The translations under genes and the position numbers were made by a program. This document shows positions 39,541 to 53,522 of a stretch of 64,000 nucleotides of DNA, one piece after another. The DNA is taken from assembly GCF_006345805.1 (NCBI RefSeq), contig NC_043004.1, positions 33,294,001-33,358,000 on the forward strand. Direction: 5' to 3'. A model generated the notes under the pieces. It ran no database searches. It was given only the letters and a program-made list of their open reading frames with translations, and was not told the DNA's origin. Origin of the DNA: Octopus sinensis (taxonomy: Eukaryota). The stretch's first letter is position 1; each line of letters starts with the position of its first letter.

Positions 39541-39929
39541 TATATGTAGTAAGTAATAATTAAAATCAAACTAAAGTATAATATAATCGTAACATAACAA
39601 AAGTAAAAATAGCAATTTGTATAAAATTGCATCAATAATTTGAACTTGAATAAGTGGCTTCAGATGAATGGGAATAAATTAAAAATAAAATTAACATGCA
39701 GAAATGGAATAGTTCAGATGGACTATTACACATAAAGGACTATAGCTTCAACTGCATACTGTTGTTATTATTATTACTGTTTAACTATTGTTATCACGTT
39801 TGTTGGTTCCTCATAAGGGAAACGTTGTTGTGTTGCATTTGTTAAATAATTGTAAACTGCAACCCTCCCCCTTTGGGAGAAGGATCTTTGGTTATTGTTT
39901 AAAAATTGAATTGTATCCCTGTTTGGGGA

Positions 39930-40520
39930 AATTTACAATATTTTCACCGTTTATATGGAAGCATCTTTGTTAGAATGCCTTCGATAGAAGAAAGTCCAAG
40001 AATGAATTTCGCTGCAGCCGTCGGCGGGTGTGAACTCATTAAAATTAAAATGGAAGAAATACAAACCTATTTCGGATTGATTACCGACAAAGACGGTGAA
40101 TCTAGGATAACACCAAGAAACGAAATAAAAAATTAAATTAAAGAAAAGACTATTGTCTATAAAGTATACAATGTAGAGAAAAAAAAAAGATTGGAACACC
40201 TGGAGGAAAGCACCATCAAAAAGTGTCTTGGTGCAACTATGAAAGATAGTCGCGGTAAATTCGCCACAATAGAAGTAAGGTTTGAGTCAACGGAGCGTGC
40301 AAGGGAGTACTCGGCTCGAACCTTGCAAAGTGGAAATATTTTACTTTTACCTTTATATCTGGGACGTAGGACGTCCCGGATAAAAATTTAAAATGTCCCC
40401 TCAGAAATAGAGGTAGGCTGGATTGTAGCCACACTTCTATACAAGAGGGAGGAAAAGATACAAGGGATCGAAATTGCAAGAGACGGGCTAACAATTCCAG
40501 TCTGTTATATATTTTGAGTA
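39930..40520 (+). pseudogene. Probable LINE ORF1 (gag-like) remnant
   Basis: One near-continuous frame with two stops (MPSIEESP...KFATIEVRF...LLPLYLGRRTSRIKI*NVPSEIEVGWIVA); CpG-rich; pattern resembles ORF1 RRM regions. Confidence 0.45.
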
Positions 40521-40554
40521 TTGTTATCACTAGCGATATCAAGATATCATCATC

Positions 40555-40700
40555 ATCATCATCATCGTCGTTTAACGTCCGTTCTCCATGCTAGCATGGG
40601 TTGGACGGTTCGACCGGGGTTCTGGGAAGCCAGAAGGCTGCACCAGGCTCCAGTCTAATTTGGCAATGTTTCTACGGCTGGATGCCCTTCCTAACTGTAT
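40555..40700 (-). mobile_element. Family B 3' end
   Basis: tttaacgtccg...ggatgcccttcctaa. Confidence 0.85.
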
Positions 40701-40817
40701 TTTGTATTTTATGTGTAGATGTATATATATAGATGTACATGTAATATGTACACATATATACACATATATACATGCACTAGCACTATGACCCGGCAACGAT
40801 GGGCCATAATGCTAGTG

Positions 40818-40853
<36 letters not shown>

Positions 40854-41972
40854 CAGACAGACAGATAGATAGATAAATAAACTTATATATGTGCACCATA
40901 CACACACATACACACATATCTCCCTATGTATACATACATACATATATACACACACATACAGAGAGAGAGGGGGAGAGAGAGAGAGACAGATAGATAGATA
41001 GATAAATATACTTATATATGTGCACATACACACACATACACATATCTATCTATGTATACATACATACATATACACACACACATACATACATATCCATCTA
41101 TGTATACAAACATACATATATACACGCACACACACATACACACACACACATGTATATCTAACCCATGCCAGCATGGAACATGGATTTTAAATGATGATGA
41201 TGATGATGATGATGATGATGGTGATGATGATAATATATGAATGTAGGCATATGTATGAAAGAGAACCATATTCTTGGGAGGTATATGTTGTAGAAATTAT
41301 GATTACAGCATGCTTTTCAATGTTTGCCATCAAATAAATAAATCGTGAATATGAGTGTTGCACCCTAGAATATAAAAATTAGAATATTTCAGTTAAAAAA
41401 AAAACAAAAACAAAAAAAAACAACCTGACTGTAAATTATTAAAAGTGTGCTAAAGTCATCTCTTCAATAGCACACACACGCACACACACACAATTGGATA
41501 TAGAAAAGAACCCTCATACACACTTACACTGGATATATGATACATACACACACACACAAATAAACACACACAAATACACACACATACAAAGAAACACACA
41601 CACATACACACACACACTCACACAATTAGACATAGAAACGAACCCTCATATACACATACACTGGATATATGATACACACACACACATACAAATAAACACA
41701 CACACACACATACACACACATACACACACACACACATACATGTATGACAATGCTATGGAACCAAATAATACTTGAATCAAGTGCTGAAATCAAACATAAA
41801 CAGCTTCAACATAAGAATCGGTACCATTCACTTCTCTGAACAGCGATATATTAAATATTCAATGCAATATTCTTCGGTGTTTTTTTTTTTGAAGTTCTCT
41901 TACACAGAGATTTGTGTATATTTTCTTTCATTTCTTTCCTTAATTCATTCTTTATCTCTTTCTCTTTTTAAC

Positions 41973-42010
<38 letters not shown>

Positions 42011-42519
42011 ACACCACATTTCCATACTTCTTTCAACATTCCTTTAATTTAAGCAACCATTTATCTTAAAAAGTCAGTTTTCTCAATAAGTAGATAAGAG
42101 CATTAATTTACATTTTTTTATATAAATCTTCAAGTTATTTCAAGCCAAGTTTAGTAATATCTGATAATATTTTTTAACAATTTTTACTCAACTTCAAAAT
42201 TAGAATCTTTAAACTAAATGTACAACGTGCTTTCCTTTACTAGTGACTAGGTAAGTATGGATGTTCATTATTGAACAAAAGTATAGATTTATAAATGGAA
42301 TTTGCACATGTGTGTACAGTGTCAGGTTTAGATGAAGAGGCGCCCTAGGCTATACCACATGTGTGGCCCTTCTCAAAAGTCCTGGAACAGCATCAAAAAT
42401 ATCATACACTTCAACCAATGGTCTCCTAGATTTTCAAAACTTAGGCTTCAATCTGTCAATATTACTTGTAAATCTAGCATTATAAGTAAAGCTATACACT
42501 GCGTGTTTGTATATATATG

Positions 42520-42564
<45 letters not shown>

Positions 42565-43054
42565 GTGTGCTTGCATATATGTGCATGTGTGTGTTTTTGT
42601 ATGTGTGTGTATGTGTATATGTATTCATGCACATGTATGTTTGTGTGTGTGTGTTGGGGGATGTCTGTGCATGCCTATGTGTATATGTAGGTGTTTGTGT
42701 GTGCTTGTGTATGTATATGAGTATATCTGTGTTTGTATGTATCTGTATGTGGGTATGTATGCACATGCATGTGTGTATGCTTGTGTGTTTGTGCATATGT
42801 GTTAGTGTGTGCATATGCATATGTGTGGATGTATGCACGTGTGTGTGTGTGTGTGTCCTACTGTTTCCAGTGGCTCCTCAATGTGGCTATATTGACTCTT
42901 CCAAGGTCAGACAACTCTCCCTATGCCACTCACATTGTATTTTGAATTCATTTAAATTAATTAACATATCAGAGTTGTCCCCCCTACCATTCTTGACCAG
43001 AACTGATAACTTTATAATTCTTTCTCCTCTCTAATCATGTAATTTTATTCAACT

Positions 43055-43610
43055 ACAAGGTCTGATCAAAAGTCTCCGGACTGGTGCTTTAAAAAGAAAA
43101 CTTCAACACACATCAATTCAGCATTTAATCTCCTTTGAAGTTGACCCCTTCTGAAACCCCACATTTTCTCCAGTGTTCCTCTCAAAGGTGGAAGCATTCC
43201 TGGAACTCCCTTTTTTTTTTGGATTCTGTGCAGTTGCCTCATTGCATTCTCTTGGATTTTTTCAATGTGTTGAAATCTCGTTGGGAGTCTTCTACAGTAA
43301 AGACCGATCCTTGGTTTTGAGATCATAGCCATAGATACATGATGCACCAACTGATAAGATCATTTACAAAAAGTTTTCATCTTCCTCAACACAACCAAGC
43401 AGACCCTGTACAGCTGAAGAAGCCTGATCTTCTTCTTGAGACAACCGCACTCTACACACTTTACTTCCAAGCTCTGCTCTAAACAACAAAAGTGAATGAG
43501 AACATATTAACTTAAAGTGCGTGCGTAACAAAATTCAAGGTCTGTCTGTGCCAAGCAACTTCATCCTGTGTACTTTAGCTCCGTCACCATAGCAACAGTT
43601 CTGATTCTTC
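43055..43610 (-). mobile_element. Second copy of the internally deleted mariner
   Basis: TA+caaggtctgatcaaaagtctccggac TIR-like end; RFQHIEKIQENAMRQL...KKGVPGML; same junction as 20800-21335. Confidence 0.85.
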
Positions 43611-43724
43611 TTCAACATACCTTTTACTACCTTTTGGCTTGCTGTCTTAAGTATATTAATAATGAGCTTACCATGAAATATATTATTTCAACCCTATTTC
43701 TCCTTTAGCTTTACCAAACCCTTA

Positions 43725-44200
43725 TGCATACATACATCTACATGTACATACATACATACATACATACATACATACATACATACATACATTCATATACACG
43801 TACATATATATACATACATACACACGTACATACATACATATATACATATACACGTACATACATACATATATACACATACATACATACATACATACATACA
43901 TACATACATACATACACATGTACATACAGACATAGATGCATATACACATACATACGTGCATGCATACATATATATACACATATATAGATATATACATATA
44001 CACATACAAACATACATATACAGGTACATACATACATACACACAAACATGCATACATACATACATACAGATAAACATACATATATACATATACATGTACA
44101 TACATATACACATACATACATATACATGTACATGCAGACATACATATACACGTGCATACATACCTACATACCTATATACAAATACACACATGTATGTTTC
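43725..44200. repeat. (ACAT)n-based microsatellite field
   Basis: Direct reading. Confidence 0.95.
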
Positions 44201-44488
44201 TATCTCTTTGTTTATGCATAGAAATGTGTAGCAGGCTCTTGTCTACACATGTTCAGTACAGAACTTAAGATCAGCTTGTATTCTTCATTTGGATAGCGTA
44301 ACAAGATGTTGGAACATACATGTAAACACAGCCATACACATACACCCACCTCCCACACACACATATATATAAACATATAAATTTATACATATATATATAT
44401 ATGTACACACACACATATATATAAACATATAATTTATACATATATATATATATGTACACACACACATATATATATATATAAATATATG

Positions 44489-44546
<58 letters not shown>

Positions 44547-44686
44547 TATATAGATACATATACATGTGTTCATGTGTGTATATATATAGATATATATTTA
44601 TATACACACACATGTAAAAATTTGCAAAGTAATAAACATCAATTTTTTAATAGCATATATGTACCTGTCCATATATCTTGGCAAAC

Positions 44687-44724
<38 letters not shown>

Positions 44725-45274
44725 GCACACTCAAACATATTTGTGTGGATGTGAGTTTTTGTATTTCTACCTCTCTCACTCTTTATGCGTATGCGTGTTC
44801 ATAGTTCTATATGTACTTTGCTTAACAGGCAAACTGATTTATCATACTAAGCATGGCTGTATGTGTATAGCCTTACAAAGAGAGCTACTAATTGACTTAT
44901 GTGTATAACTACTTCAGCTAATATAAAAACCTTGTACTTTCATTTTATGGTTTTGCTTCTTCCTCGTGTTTCCTTTCTGTCATAATGTCTTACACTCTGT
45001 TCAGGTTCTTTCAAAAGATTCTATCTCCATTGTATCTCAAACAATTATTATTTGTCGAGTAGCTTGTCTTTTACAGTAGCTGTGCACAAGACAAACAGAC
45101 TTCCATATGCTAAATCCAAGGAGACTGGTAGCAGTTTGTGTCAGTGAAAAAAACTGACTAAAGGGGCAGAGTGAAGTTACTGTCTGGAGTGTTTAGAACA
45201 GAGTCCTTCTTCTGAACAAAAATTAGAGAAAGGAAATATATTTGAGACCCTTAGATTTTGAAAGGTCAGTCTAA

Positions 45275-45685
45275 GAGTACCATACGAGTGAGATCGTTGC
45301 CAGAGCAACAAGCTGGCCTTTGTGCCAATGGCACGTTAACCACACCATTCGAGTGTGATTGTTACCGCGTCGCCTTACTAGCACTTGTGCTGGTGGCACC
45401 TGAAACATTTGTGCGAGGAAGTCGCCAGTGCTGCTGGACTGGCTCCTGTACAGGTGGCACATAAAAAGCACCATTTGGGCGTGGCTGTTGCCAGTACCAC
45501 CAAATTGGCCCATGCCAGTGGCACATAAAAGCACCCACTACACTCTCGAAGTAGTTGGCATTAGGAAGGGCATCCAGCTGTAGAAACTCTGCCAGATCAG
45601 ATTGGAGTCTGATTCGCCAGACCTCAGTCAAATCGTCCAACCCATGCTAGCATGGAAAGCGGACGTTAAATGATGATGATGATGT
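45275..45685 (+). mobile_element. Family B RTE-tail element, long version
   Basis: Similar to 47190-47595. Confidence 0.85.
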
Positions 45686-46064
45686 CTATTCAACAAATGT
45701 TGAACTCAGCTCACAAATCTCTTGTATATTCTTTGTGGATTCCTTGGATTCCACAGACTTTGGTTTGAGGACTGCTGCCATAGATTCTTTCTAATCAGTT
45801 TGGCTGCAGTAGAGTTTATCTCTTATCTTTTACTTGTTCAGTCATCAGACTGTGGCCATGCTGGGGGCTTCACCTTGAAGGGTTTCTGTTGAATGACTCA
45901 ACCCTAGTCCTTTAGTTTATATGTTACTTATTATATTAGTTTCTTATGCCAAACTGCTAAGTTGTGGGGACATAAACATACCAATACTGGTTATCAAGCA
46001 GTGGTAAGGAACCAACAGACACAAAAATACAGTTATTCATAAATACAAATATATATATATATAT

Positions 46065-47060
46065 GGTCTCTGGTCCCTTATCTGGTGGGCAATGCAGAAA
46101 TTAAGGATAGATGAGTGGTTGGTGAGAGTTATATAAGCCATGTACAGGGATGCTGCCAGTAAGGTGAAAGTTGGCAATAAATATAGCAAGGAATTTAGTG
46201 TACAGGTGAGAATTCACCAAGGATCACTTCTCAGCTCATTTTGGTTATTATAGCTTTCTAGACAATAACAGTGGAGTTTAAAACTAACAGCCCTTGGAAG
46301 ATCCTCTATGCTAATGACCTTGTTATCATTGCTGACTCACTACCAGAACTAGAGAAGAAGTTTTGGGTGTGGAAGCAAGATCTAGAATCAAAGAGCCTTA
46401 GAGTTAATTTAGCAAAGACCAAATTTCTAGGAAGTAGGAAAACAGACAGATCCCTGTTCCTCTCAGGGAGATGGCCCTGCTCAGTATATAGAAAAGGTGT
46501 TGGTAGAAACTCCATAGGGTGTATCCAGTGCAGTTATGGATACATAAGAAGCAGAATGGCATCACACGAAGGTTAACAGAGAATGTACAGAAAACAGACT
46601 CCCTCACATGTTTGGTGGGAGGATCCTCAGAATTTGTAGATAGTTTCTGTTACCTAGGTGACCCGGTTAGCAGTGGAGGAGGTAGTTCTGAAAGTGTGGC
46701 TGCTAGAATAAGAAAGGGTCGGACAAATTTCTTTGGTAACCAATGGCCTCTCCCTCAAAGTGAAAGGCAACTTCCGTGAAGCCTGTGCGTGAACAGCCAT
46801 TCTAGATGACAGTGAGATATGGGCTGTGACTATTGAGGACATATGAAGGCTTGAAAGAAATAGGGCCAGTGTGCTCCACTGGATGAGGGACGTTAGTGTG
46901 CCTGTATGACAGAATGTAAATGAGATAAGAGAAAAATCTCTAAGTATACTAGGCATCAGATGTAGCATGTAAAAAAAACAGAAAGCTGTTCTGCTATGGT
47001 CATGTGATGCATATGGATGAGGACAGCTGCATAAGGAAGTTCTGATCTCTAAAATGTGTT
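46065..47060 (+). pseudogene. RTE-clade LINE RT remnant including the QGS and YADD-like motifs
   Basis: IHQGSLLS, KILYANDLVII, RVNLAKTK, FCYLGD, YGHVMHMDED. Confidence 0.9.
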
Positions 47061-47189
47061 GAGTTTCCAGGAAGTCAAGTGCCACAAACAATTCCAGGAA
47101 GATGAATTCATTTAGGGTTTGGGACATTAGTGTTTTAATATTTGACATGACTTACACAAATAACAGTTTGTAATTTAAGCAGAAGGCCA

Positions 47190-47595
47190 GCAGTTTCGAA
47201 GGATGTGCTCATAGGGTGCCAAGAGCACCACCCGAGCATGATCGTTACCAGAGTAGCCAACTGGCTTCCGTGCCGGTGGCACATAAAAGGGCACCATTCG
47301 AGCATGATCGTTACCAATGTCGCTTTACTGGCACCTGTGCCGGTGGCATGTGTAAAAGATTCGAGCGAGGTCATTGCTAGTATCGCCTGACTAGTCCCTG
47401 TGCTAGTGGCACATAAAAGCACCCACTACACTCTCAGAGTGGTTGGCGTTAGGAAGGGCATCTAGCTGTAGAAACTCTGCCAGATCAAGATTGGAGCTTG
47501 GTGCAGCCATCTGGTTTGCCAGCCCTCAGGCAAAATCGTCCAGCCCATGCTAGCATGGAAAGTGGATGTTAAACGATGATGATGATGATGATGAT
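47190..47595 (+). mobile_element. Family B RTE-tail element, long version
   Basis: Conserved 3' end and (GAT)n tail. Confidence 0.88.
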
Positions 47596-47799
47596 GTACT
47601 GGGGTTGACAGTATCACTGCCAGTACTTGACTGGTACATTATTTTATCAACCCCTAAAGGATGAAAGGTAGAGTTGACATTGGAATGGTATGAAGCCATA
47701 ATGTAAAGAGCTGGAAAAGAATGTTATAAGGAATTTTACCAGATGCTTGAACAATTCTGCCAGCTTGTATCACTCTAATATCAACTCTTTTTTCCAATA

Positions 47800-47800
47800 A

Positions 47801-47832
<32 letters not shown>

Positions 47833-48307
47833 AATTATTGTATACAGTGCCCAGGTGCACCACAACTTGTCAAAAGTGCGTATAAAGAATATGCAGTAAT
47901 GTACAAATGTCTGGAAAGCAAACAATGTATGAGTCAGATATATGCTTGCGTGTGTATGGAGGGGAGAAAATCAGGTGTAGTGTTGGCGAATCTCAAGAAG
48001 CATGGAAGTTTTGAAGGATGCAGTGCTCTGACAATTAACAACTGATGCCGGCAGTTTGTTCCATGCTTCAGCAACTCTCAGCATGAAAAAATGTTTCTGA
48101 AAGTCATGGGAGCTGTGCTGTTTTCTGACTTTGTAAACATGCCCACGGATGTTAGACAGGTGGAGTTTGAAAAGGTGCTCAGAGTTATTGTTTGTAAGAT
48201 GGTTAATAATTTTATGGGTGTCTGCGAAGTCAGCTGCCAGACGTCGGAGTTTCAATGTATCCATACCCAGGGAAGTAAGGCATTCAGAATATGGCAAATG
48301 CCTGATG
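47800..48307 (-). pseudogene. CR1/L2-type LINE 3' fragment with (TTA)n tail, between 207-bp direct repeats
   Basis: LPYSECLTSLGMDTLKLRRL...IRGHVYKVRK...FFMLRVAEAWNKLP...FK; flanks 47593-47799 and 48308-48514 are near-identical. Confidence 0.88.
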
Positions 48308-49434
48308 GATGTACTGGGGTTGAAAGTATCACTGCCAGTACTTGACTGGTACATTATTTTATCAACCCTGAAAGTACGAAAGGCAGAGTTGATATTGGAA
48401 TGATATGAACCCATAATGTAAAGAGCTGGAAAAGAATGCTATAAGGAATTTTACCAGATACTTGAACAATTCTGCCAGCTTTCATCACTTTAATATCAAC
48501 TCTTTTTTCCAATATTACAGTATCACATTATATTACTGGTATGTATTTTACTGATGCAAGAAGAATGAAAGACGCAAACGTTGACTTCTAGTTCAATTTG
48601 AACTCAGTATGTTTAGACGAATAGAAAAAGGAATAAAAGACAACCGTTTCTGCTATGATAAAATGGTAAGATATCCTACTTTAATTTGGAATGCCTTAAA
48701 TTGACGAGCCCTTTTTAAATTCGTTTTCTCTGTCACATGACTGGTTCTTCAAGACCATTTTAACCATTAATCATTTTTCCACAATCGCTTCCATGAGGTA
48801 TGTGCATTACTGGTATAACGTGAGTGATGGGTTTTACCTGTTACACTTGACAGATGATTACGAAGATTGGAGATAATGTTAACCACCCTAAGTCGGCATC
48901 AGAATATATAAAGCCTGTAGTGGAATCATTTTCAATTTGTTTCATCACAGTGCTATATTATTATTTTTCCCTTACTTGTCAATTCTTTTATTATAAAGAA
49001 TTATTGTGTTCTATAAAAAAAAAATGGCAAGAGGAAAAAATATCCAATATAGATTTCAAGTTGTTGATTTCAGGATTTCTATAGAGTAATACTCTGCCAA
49101 TTTCGGGCAGTTGAATTCCAAATCCTGCAATCCTCATAAATCATGACTCAGAATATCTTTCATAACAAAATATTGTTGCTGAGTTAATGAGAGTGAGCAT
49201 GGACAGGGTCAATCAAACTGCAAGAAATAGCTGGCGAAACTTATTCAAATCACAAATTAATGTCTTAGAAAAAAAAAAAGGACAAATATGAGAATGTAAT
49301 GCTAAATCATTTGTGTCCATAAACTAAGGTTTCCAAAGGTAAAACTAAGGGTCTTTGAATTGTGTTAAAAATCTTAAAATGCTGCGGTGTAAAATACCTA
49401 ATTACTCATTATATAATTTTAATTATTTTACTCA

Positions 49435-49611
49435 TTTCTTTCAGTCATTTGACTGTGGCCATGCTGGAGCACCACCTTTAGTCGAGCAAATTGACCAAAG
49501 GACTTATTCTATCGGTCTCTATTGCTGAACCACTAAGTTATGGGGATGTAAACACACCAGCATCGTTTGTCAAGCAATGTTGGGGGGACGAACACAGACA
49601 CACAAACATAT

Positions 49612-49644
<33 letters not shown>

Positions 49645-49790
49645 CGACGGGCTTCTTTCAGTTTCTGTCTACCAAATCCACTTACAGGGCTTTGGTCGGT
49701 CAGAGGCTATAGTAGAAGACACTTGCCCAAGGTGCCATGCAGTGGGACTGAATGTGGAACCGTGTGGTTTGTAAGCTAGCTACTTCTACA
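49435..49790 (-). mobile_element. Family A SINE
   Basis: Reverse complement of family A. Confidence 0.85.
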
Positions 49791-50712
49791 ATAGTATTTA
49801 AATGAGTGATCATACTGCGAAATGAGTTTGTTGTTCATTAATGCTTAAATCTTGCTTAATGAGTGGAAAGACTTTTCAAGTGTCTGAGACCCACGAGAAA
49901 AATCGTTTCAGTGAAATGCGGTTTTGGAAGGGAAACTTTTGAGAACCCCTATCCTAGATAGGCAAAAAGACAAAACGTGATGGTCAAAACTCAAATGGAT
50001 CTTGATCAAACAGACCCAGGGCTAAACAACTACAACAACAACAACAAATACTACTACTACTACAACAACAACGTTACTTCTCAGAAATAAAGACTAATGG
50101 TGCACCAAGAAAAATTTTGCGATGAGCTGTACAAGCTGACATTCTCCTAAGTAATGGTCAGACAGAAGAGTGAAAGGAACACATTTTCTCTCTTAAAGTC
50201 AATTGAAAGAAAGAAATGTTATACTTTAGTTGAAGCTAATGGATAGCATGAATAATGTTTCCAATGTGTCAGCTACCAAACTCTCAGACTTTGAATCTTA
50301 TTGATAAAGATATGGATGTCTTGAAGATTTTAAAGATGAATTGTTGCACACACTGTTTATTATATCGAAAGAATAGAGATGCATGGAAAGTATCAGAGAC
50401 CTGTAGTAGCAAGTCTCCAACTAAAACCAGTCAGTTCAATTAGTTTCATATGTTATTCATCACTCTGTCAATCAAGGGAGACATTCTTCAGAGAGTATTT
50501 TTCAATTTACTGAACGGGTTTAGGTTAATATGTAAATAAGTTGTTTTACTAAATACATGAACATGGAACAAAATGGAAACATATACAAGGCAAACCACAA
50601 GACATACACACACACACACACATGCACACACACACAACACACACACACACACACAAACACACGTGCACACACACACACACACACACACACGTACATGTAT
50701 TTCATAGTATAT

Positions 50713-51011
50713 CACCGTGATCACCATGACCGACCAGGCTATCAGACGTTGCTACACATCGCTGGTCACAATGCGCTTTGCATTGCTTTAGCCTTCAAAT
50801 GACGCCACCCTGCTGGCTAAGTGAGCAGGCCAACAGAAGAAAGAGTGAGAGAAAGTTGTGGCGAAAGGGTACAGCAGGGATCGCCACCACCCACTACCAG
50901 AGCCTCGTGGAACTTTTTAGGTGATTGTGCTCAATAAACAATCACAACGCTCGGTCTGGGAATCGAAACCCCGAGACCGCTGCCCTAACCACTAGGCCAT
51001 TGCACCTCCAC
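50713..51011 (-). mobile_element. tRNA-derived SINE (family E) with 14-bp TSD
   Basis: Minus strand tagtggttag...ggtttcgattccc; atttcatagtatat at 50699-50712 and 51012-51025. Confidence 0.85.
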
Positions 51012-51059
51012 ATTTCATAGTATATATAAATGTATATATGTATGCAGGTATAAATATAT

Positions 51060-51094
<35 letters not shown>

Positions 51095-52924
51095 CATCAT
51101 TTAACTTCTGTTTTCCCTGCTGGCATGGATTGACAGAAACTGGCAAACCAGAGAGCTTTACCAGGCTCCATATGTCTGACTGGCTTGGTTTCTATGTTTG
51201 GATGCCCTTACTAATGCCAACCACTTTACACTGTGTAGTGGGTGCTTTTATGTGGCACGAGCATGGGAGCTTTTTAATTGGCACCAGAACAGGTGCTTTT
51301 TACCATAATCCCAGTCTTTTCTTGACCCCCTATTCCCTTCTTCTTACTTTGTACTTTGAAGATCCACGCATCCTTATTACCTCCCAGCCTCTCTTCTATA
51401 ATATGAAAGCCGTATAACCCCTCTATTGTAAGAAACCTGTTCTGCTCTGGCCCTTTTCTCATACTTTAAACCCTCATCGCCTTGCACAAAGTCATTTCTC
51501 TTGGAGTTTGTAGTTTTGCAAGCTGTTTGGCAACCTCACTTGTACAGGTGGTATGTACAATGCACCCAGTACCTTCTGTCAAGCGGTTGGCATTAGGAAC
51601 AACATCTAACCATGAAAACCATTCCAAAGCATACCTTGGACCCATCAGACCCTGTTGAACTATCCAATGCATGGAACATGGGCATTAAAGGATCATTGGT
51701 GATGATGATAATGATGATGATGATGATGTATATATGGAAGTGCAAAGCTTAGTGGTTAGGGTGCTGGGCTCATGATTGTAAGATTGTGGTTTCAATTCCT
51801 GGATAGGGAGATGCCTAGCGTTCTTGAGCAAATGGTTCATTTCATATTGTTCCAGTTCACTCACTTGGCCAAAATGAGTTGCACCTGTCATGGAACGGTC
51901 TACCGTCCAGGTGGGGTAAACATAGAATTTGGGAAACTGGCCTTGTCAGACTATGGTTCGGGAAGGATCTTTGATATATGCTCCCCACCACTGTTCCCTG
52001 AGGGTAGGCCCTCTCCTGCCTATCTCTCTCCCACCCCCTTTTCTTTTCTTGTCTTCCTGGGGTAGCCAAGTATCTCCTCTGTAGTACAACAGTTATTCCT
52101 GACCCTTTTGCATACTCTAATCTCTTGCCTGGCTCACAGTTACTTCTCTCGATTCCTCTCCCTCTCTCAGCTGATGAGTCCTTGTCTTGCAAGTCACTTG
52201 AAAACCCTACAGGTACAGGTGCCATGTAAAAAGTGTGTGTGTGTGGGTACCACATAAAAAGCACCCATGCTGATAGCATGTAAAGAGCACCTACAATGAG
52301 CACCTGCACCAGAACCATGTAAAGAGTAGCCTTGGCTGTGCCATATACAAACACCCATGCTACTGTCACACCTGTGTCAGTGCCATGTAAAAGCATCCAG
52401 TCCACTCTGTAAATTGGTTGGCATTAGGAAGGTCATTCCATCGTAGAAACTATGTTAATACAAATGATAGATACCTGGTGCAGCTTTCTGGCTTGCCAGA
52501 TCCTCCTATCTTATCATCTAACCCATGCCAGCATGGAGAATGGATGTTAAATACAGATCTGGATAATACATGCAAACACACACACACACACACATACACA
52601 TATACATAAAAGAGAGAAATATGTTATATTAAATCTCTGAGTGAGATATAAACAGTAATGGTACGGAATCTGCTACTGTCGTTTATAGCTCCAAAAAGAC
52701 ATCTCCTCCAGCTGGATGACAGCACGCAATCTGTGTCCAATTAGTGTTTGCAAGGGGAGGTCATCGCTCCAATCTCTAGCCTTACATGATACACATGGAC
52801 TTGAAATTCCAGGTAGTTGCCCGTCCACAGTGTGTGTTAATCACCAGCTAGTTATGAAAGCTCATTCCACTTGCAAATGAATATATACTTTACTAGCGAC
52901 TCACACACACACACACACACATAC

Positions 52925-52936
<12 letters not shown>

Positions 52937-52976
<40 letters not shown>

Positions 52977-52999
52977 GCACACACACACACACACACACG

Positions 53000-53030
<31 letters not shown>

Positions 53031-53428
53031 TGATAGAAATTGTAAGGCAACAAAAGAATTTATCTGTAAATATATGTGGCAATTATTCGGTAGCCATGTT
53101 AAAAATGTTCGTAGTATTCACGTAAGCAAGCATGGGTGTGCAGGTGTGCATGTGTAGGTATGAACATGCGCGCTTATGCGAATACTATGAACATTTTTAC
53201 TCCCTTACCTTTACTCCCTCTCCTCACTTAGCGGTCATTCTGATAGCTCTTTTGTCTTAATAACGGTCAATCACACAGTAATTTCCCTTTGTTTAACGGT
53301 CATTTTCATATCATTTTTTTGATGGCCTGATAACTGAAGAGATAGTGGCGTGGCTTTTTGCCCCGACATCCGAAACTCGGAATTTATTATCATGGCTGCT
53401 GTATAATTGTCACATATTACATTTACAG

Positions 53429-53468
<40 letters not shown>

Positions 53469-53491
53469 GCACACACACACACACACACACG

Positions 53492-53522
<31 letters not shown>

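Noticed and set aside
40840-41760. ~130-bp tandem units (40840-41060; 41490-41740) as a CRISPR-like or coding array
   Set aside because: Two-copy duplications of microsatellite-rich DNA, with no spacers and no credible ORF
52171-52205. CTGATGAGTCC, the start of a canonical hammerhead
   Set aside because: No GGAC-GAAA partner follows; the downstream sequence is family B repeat
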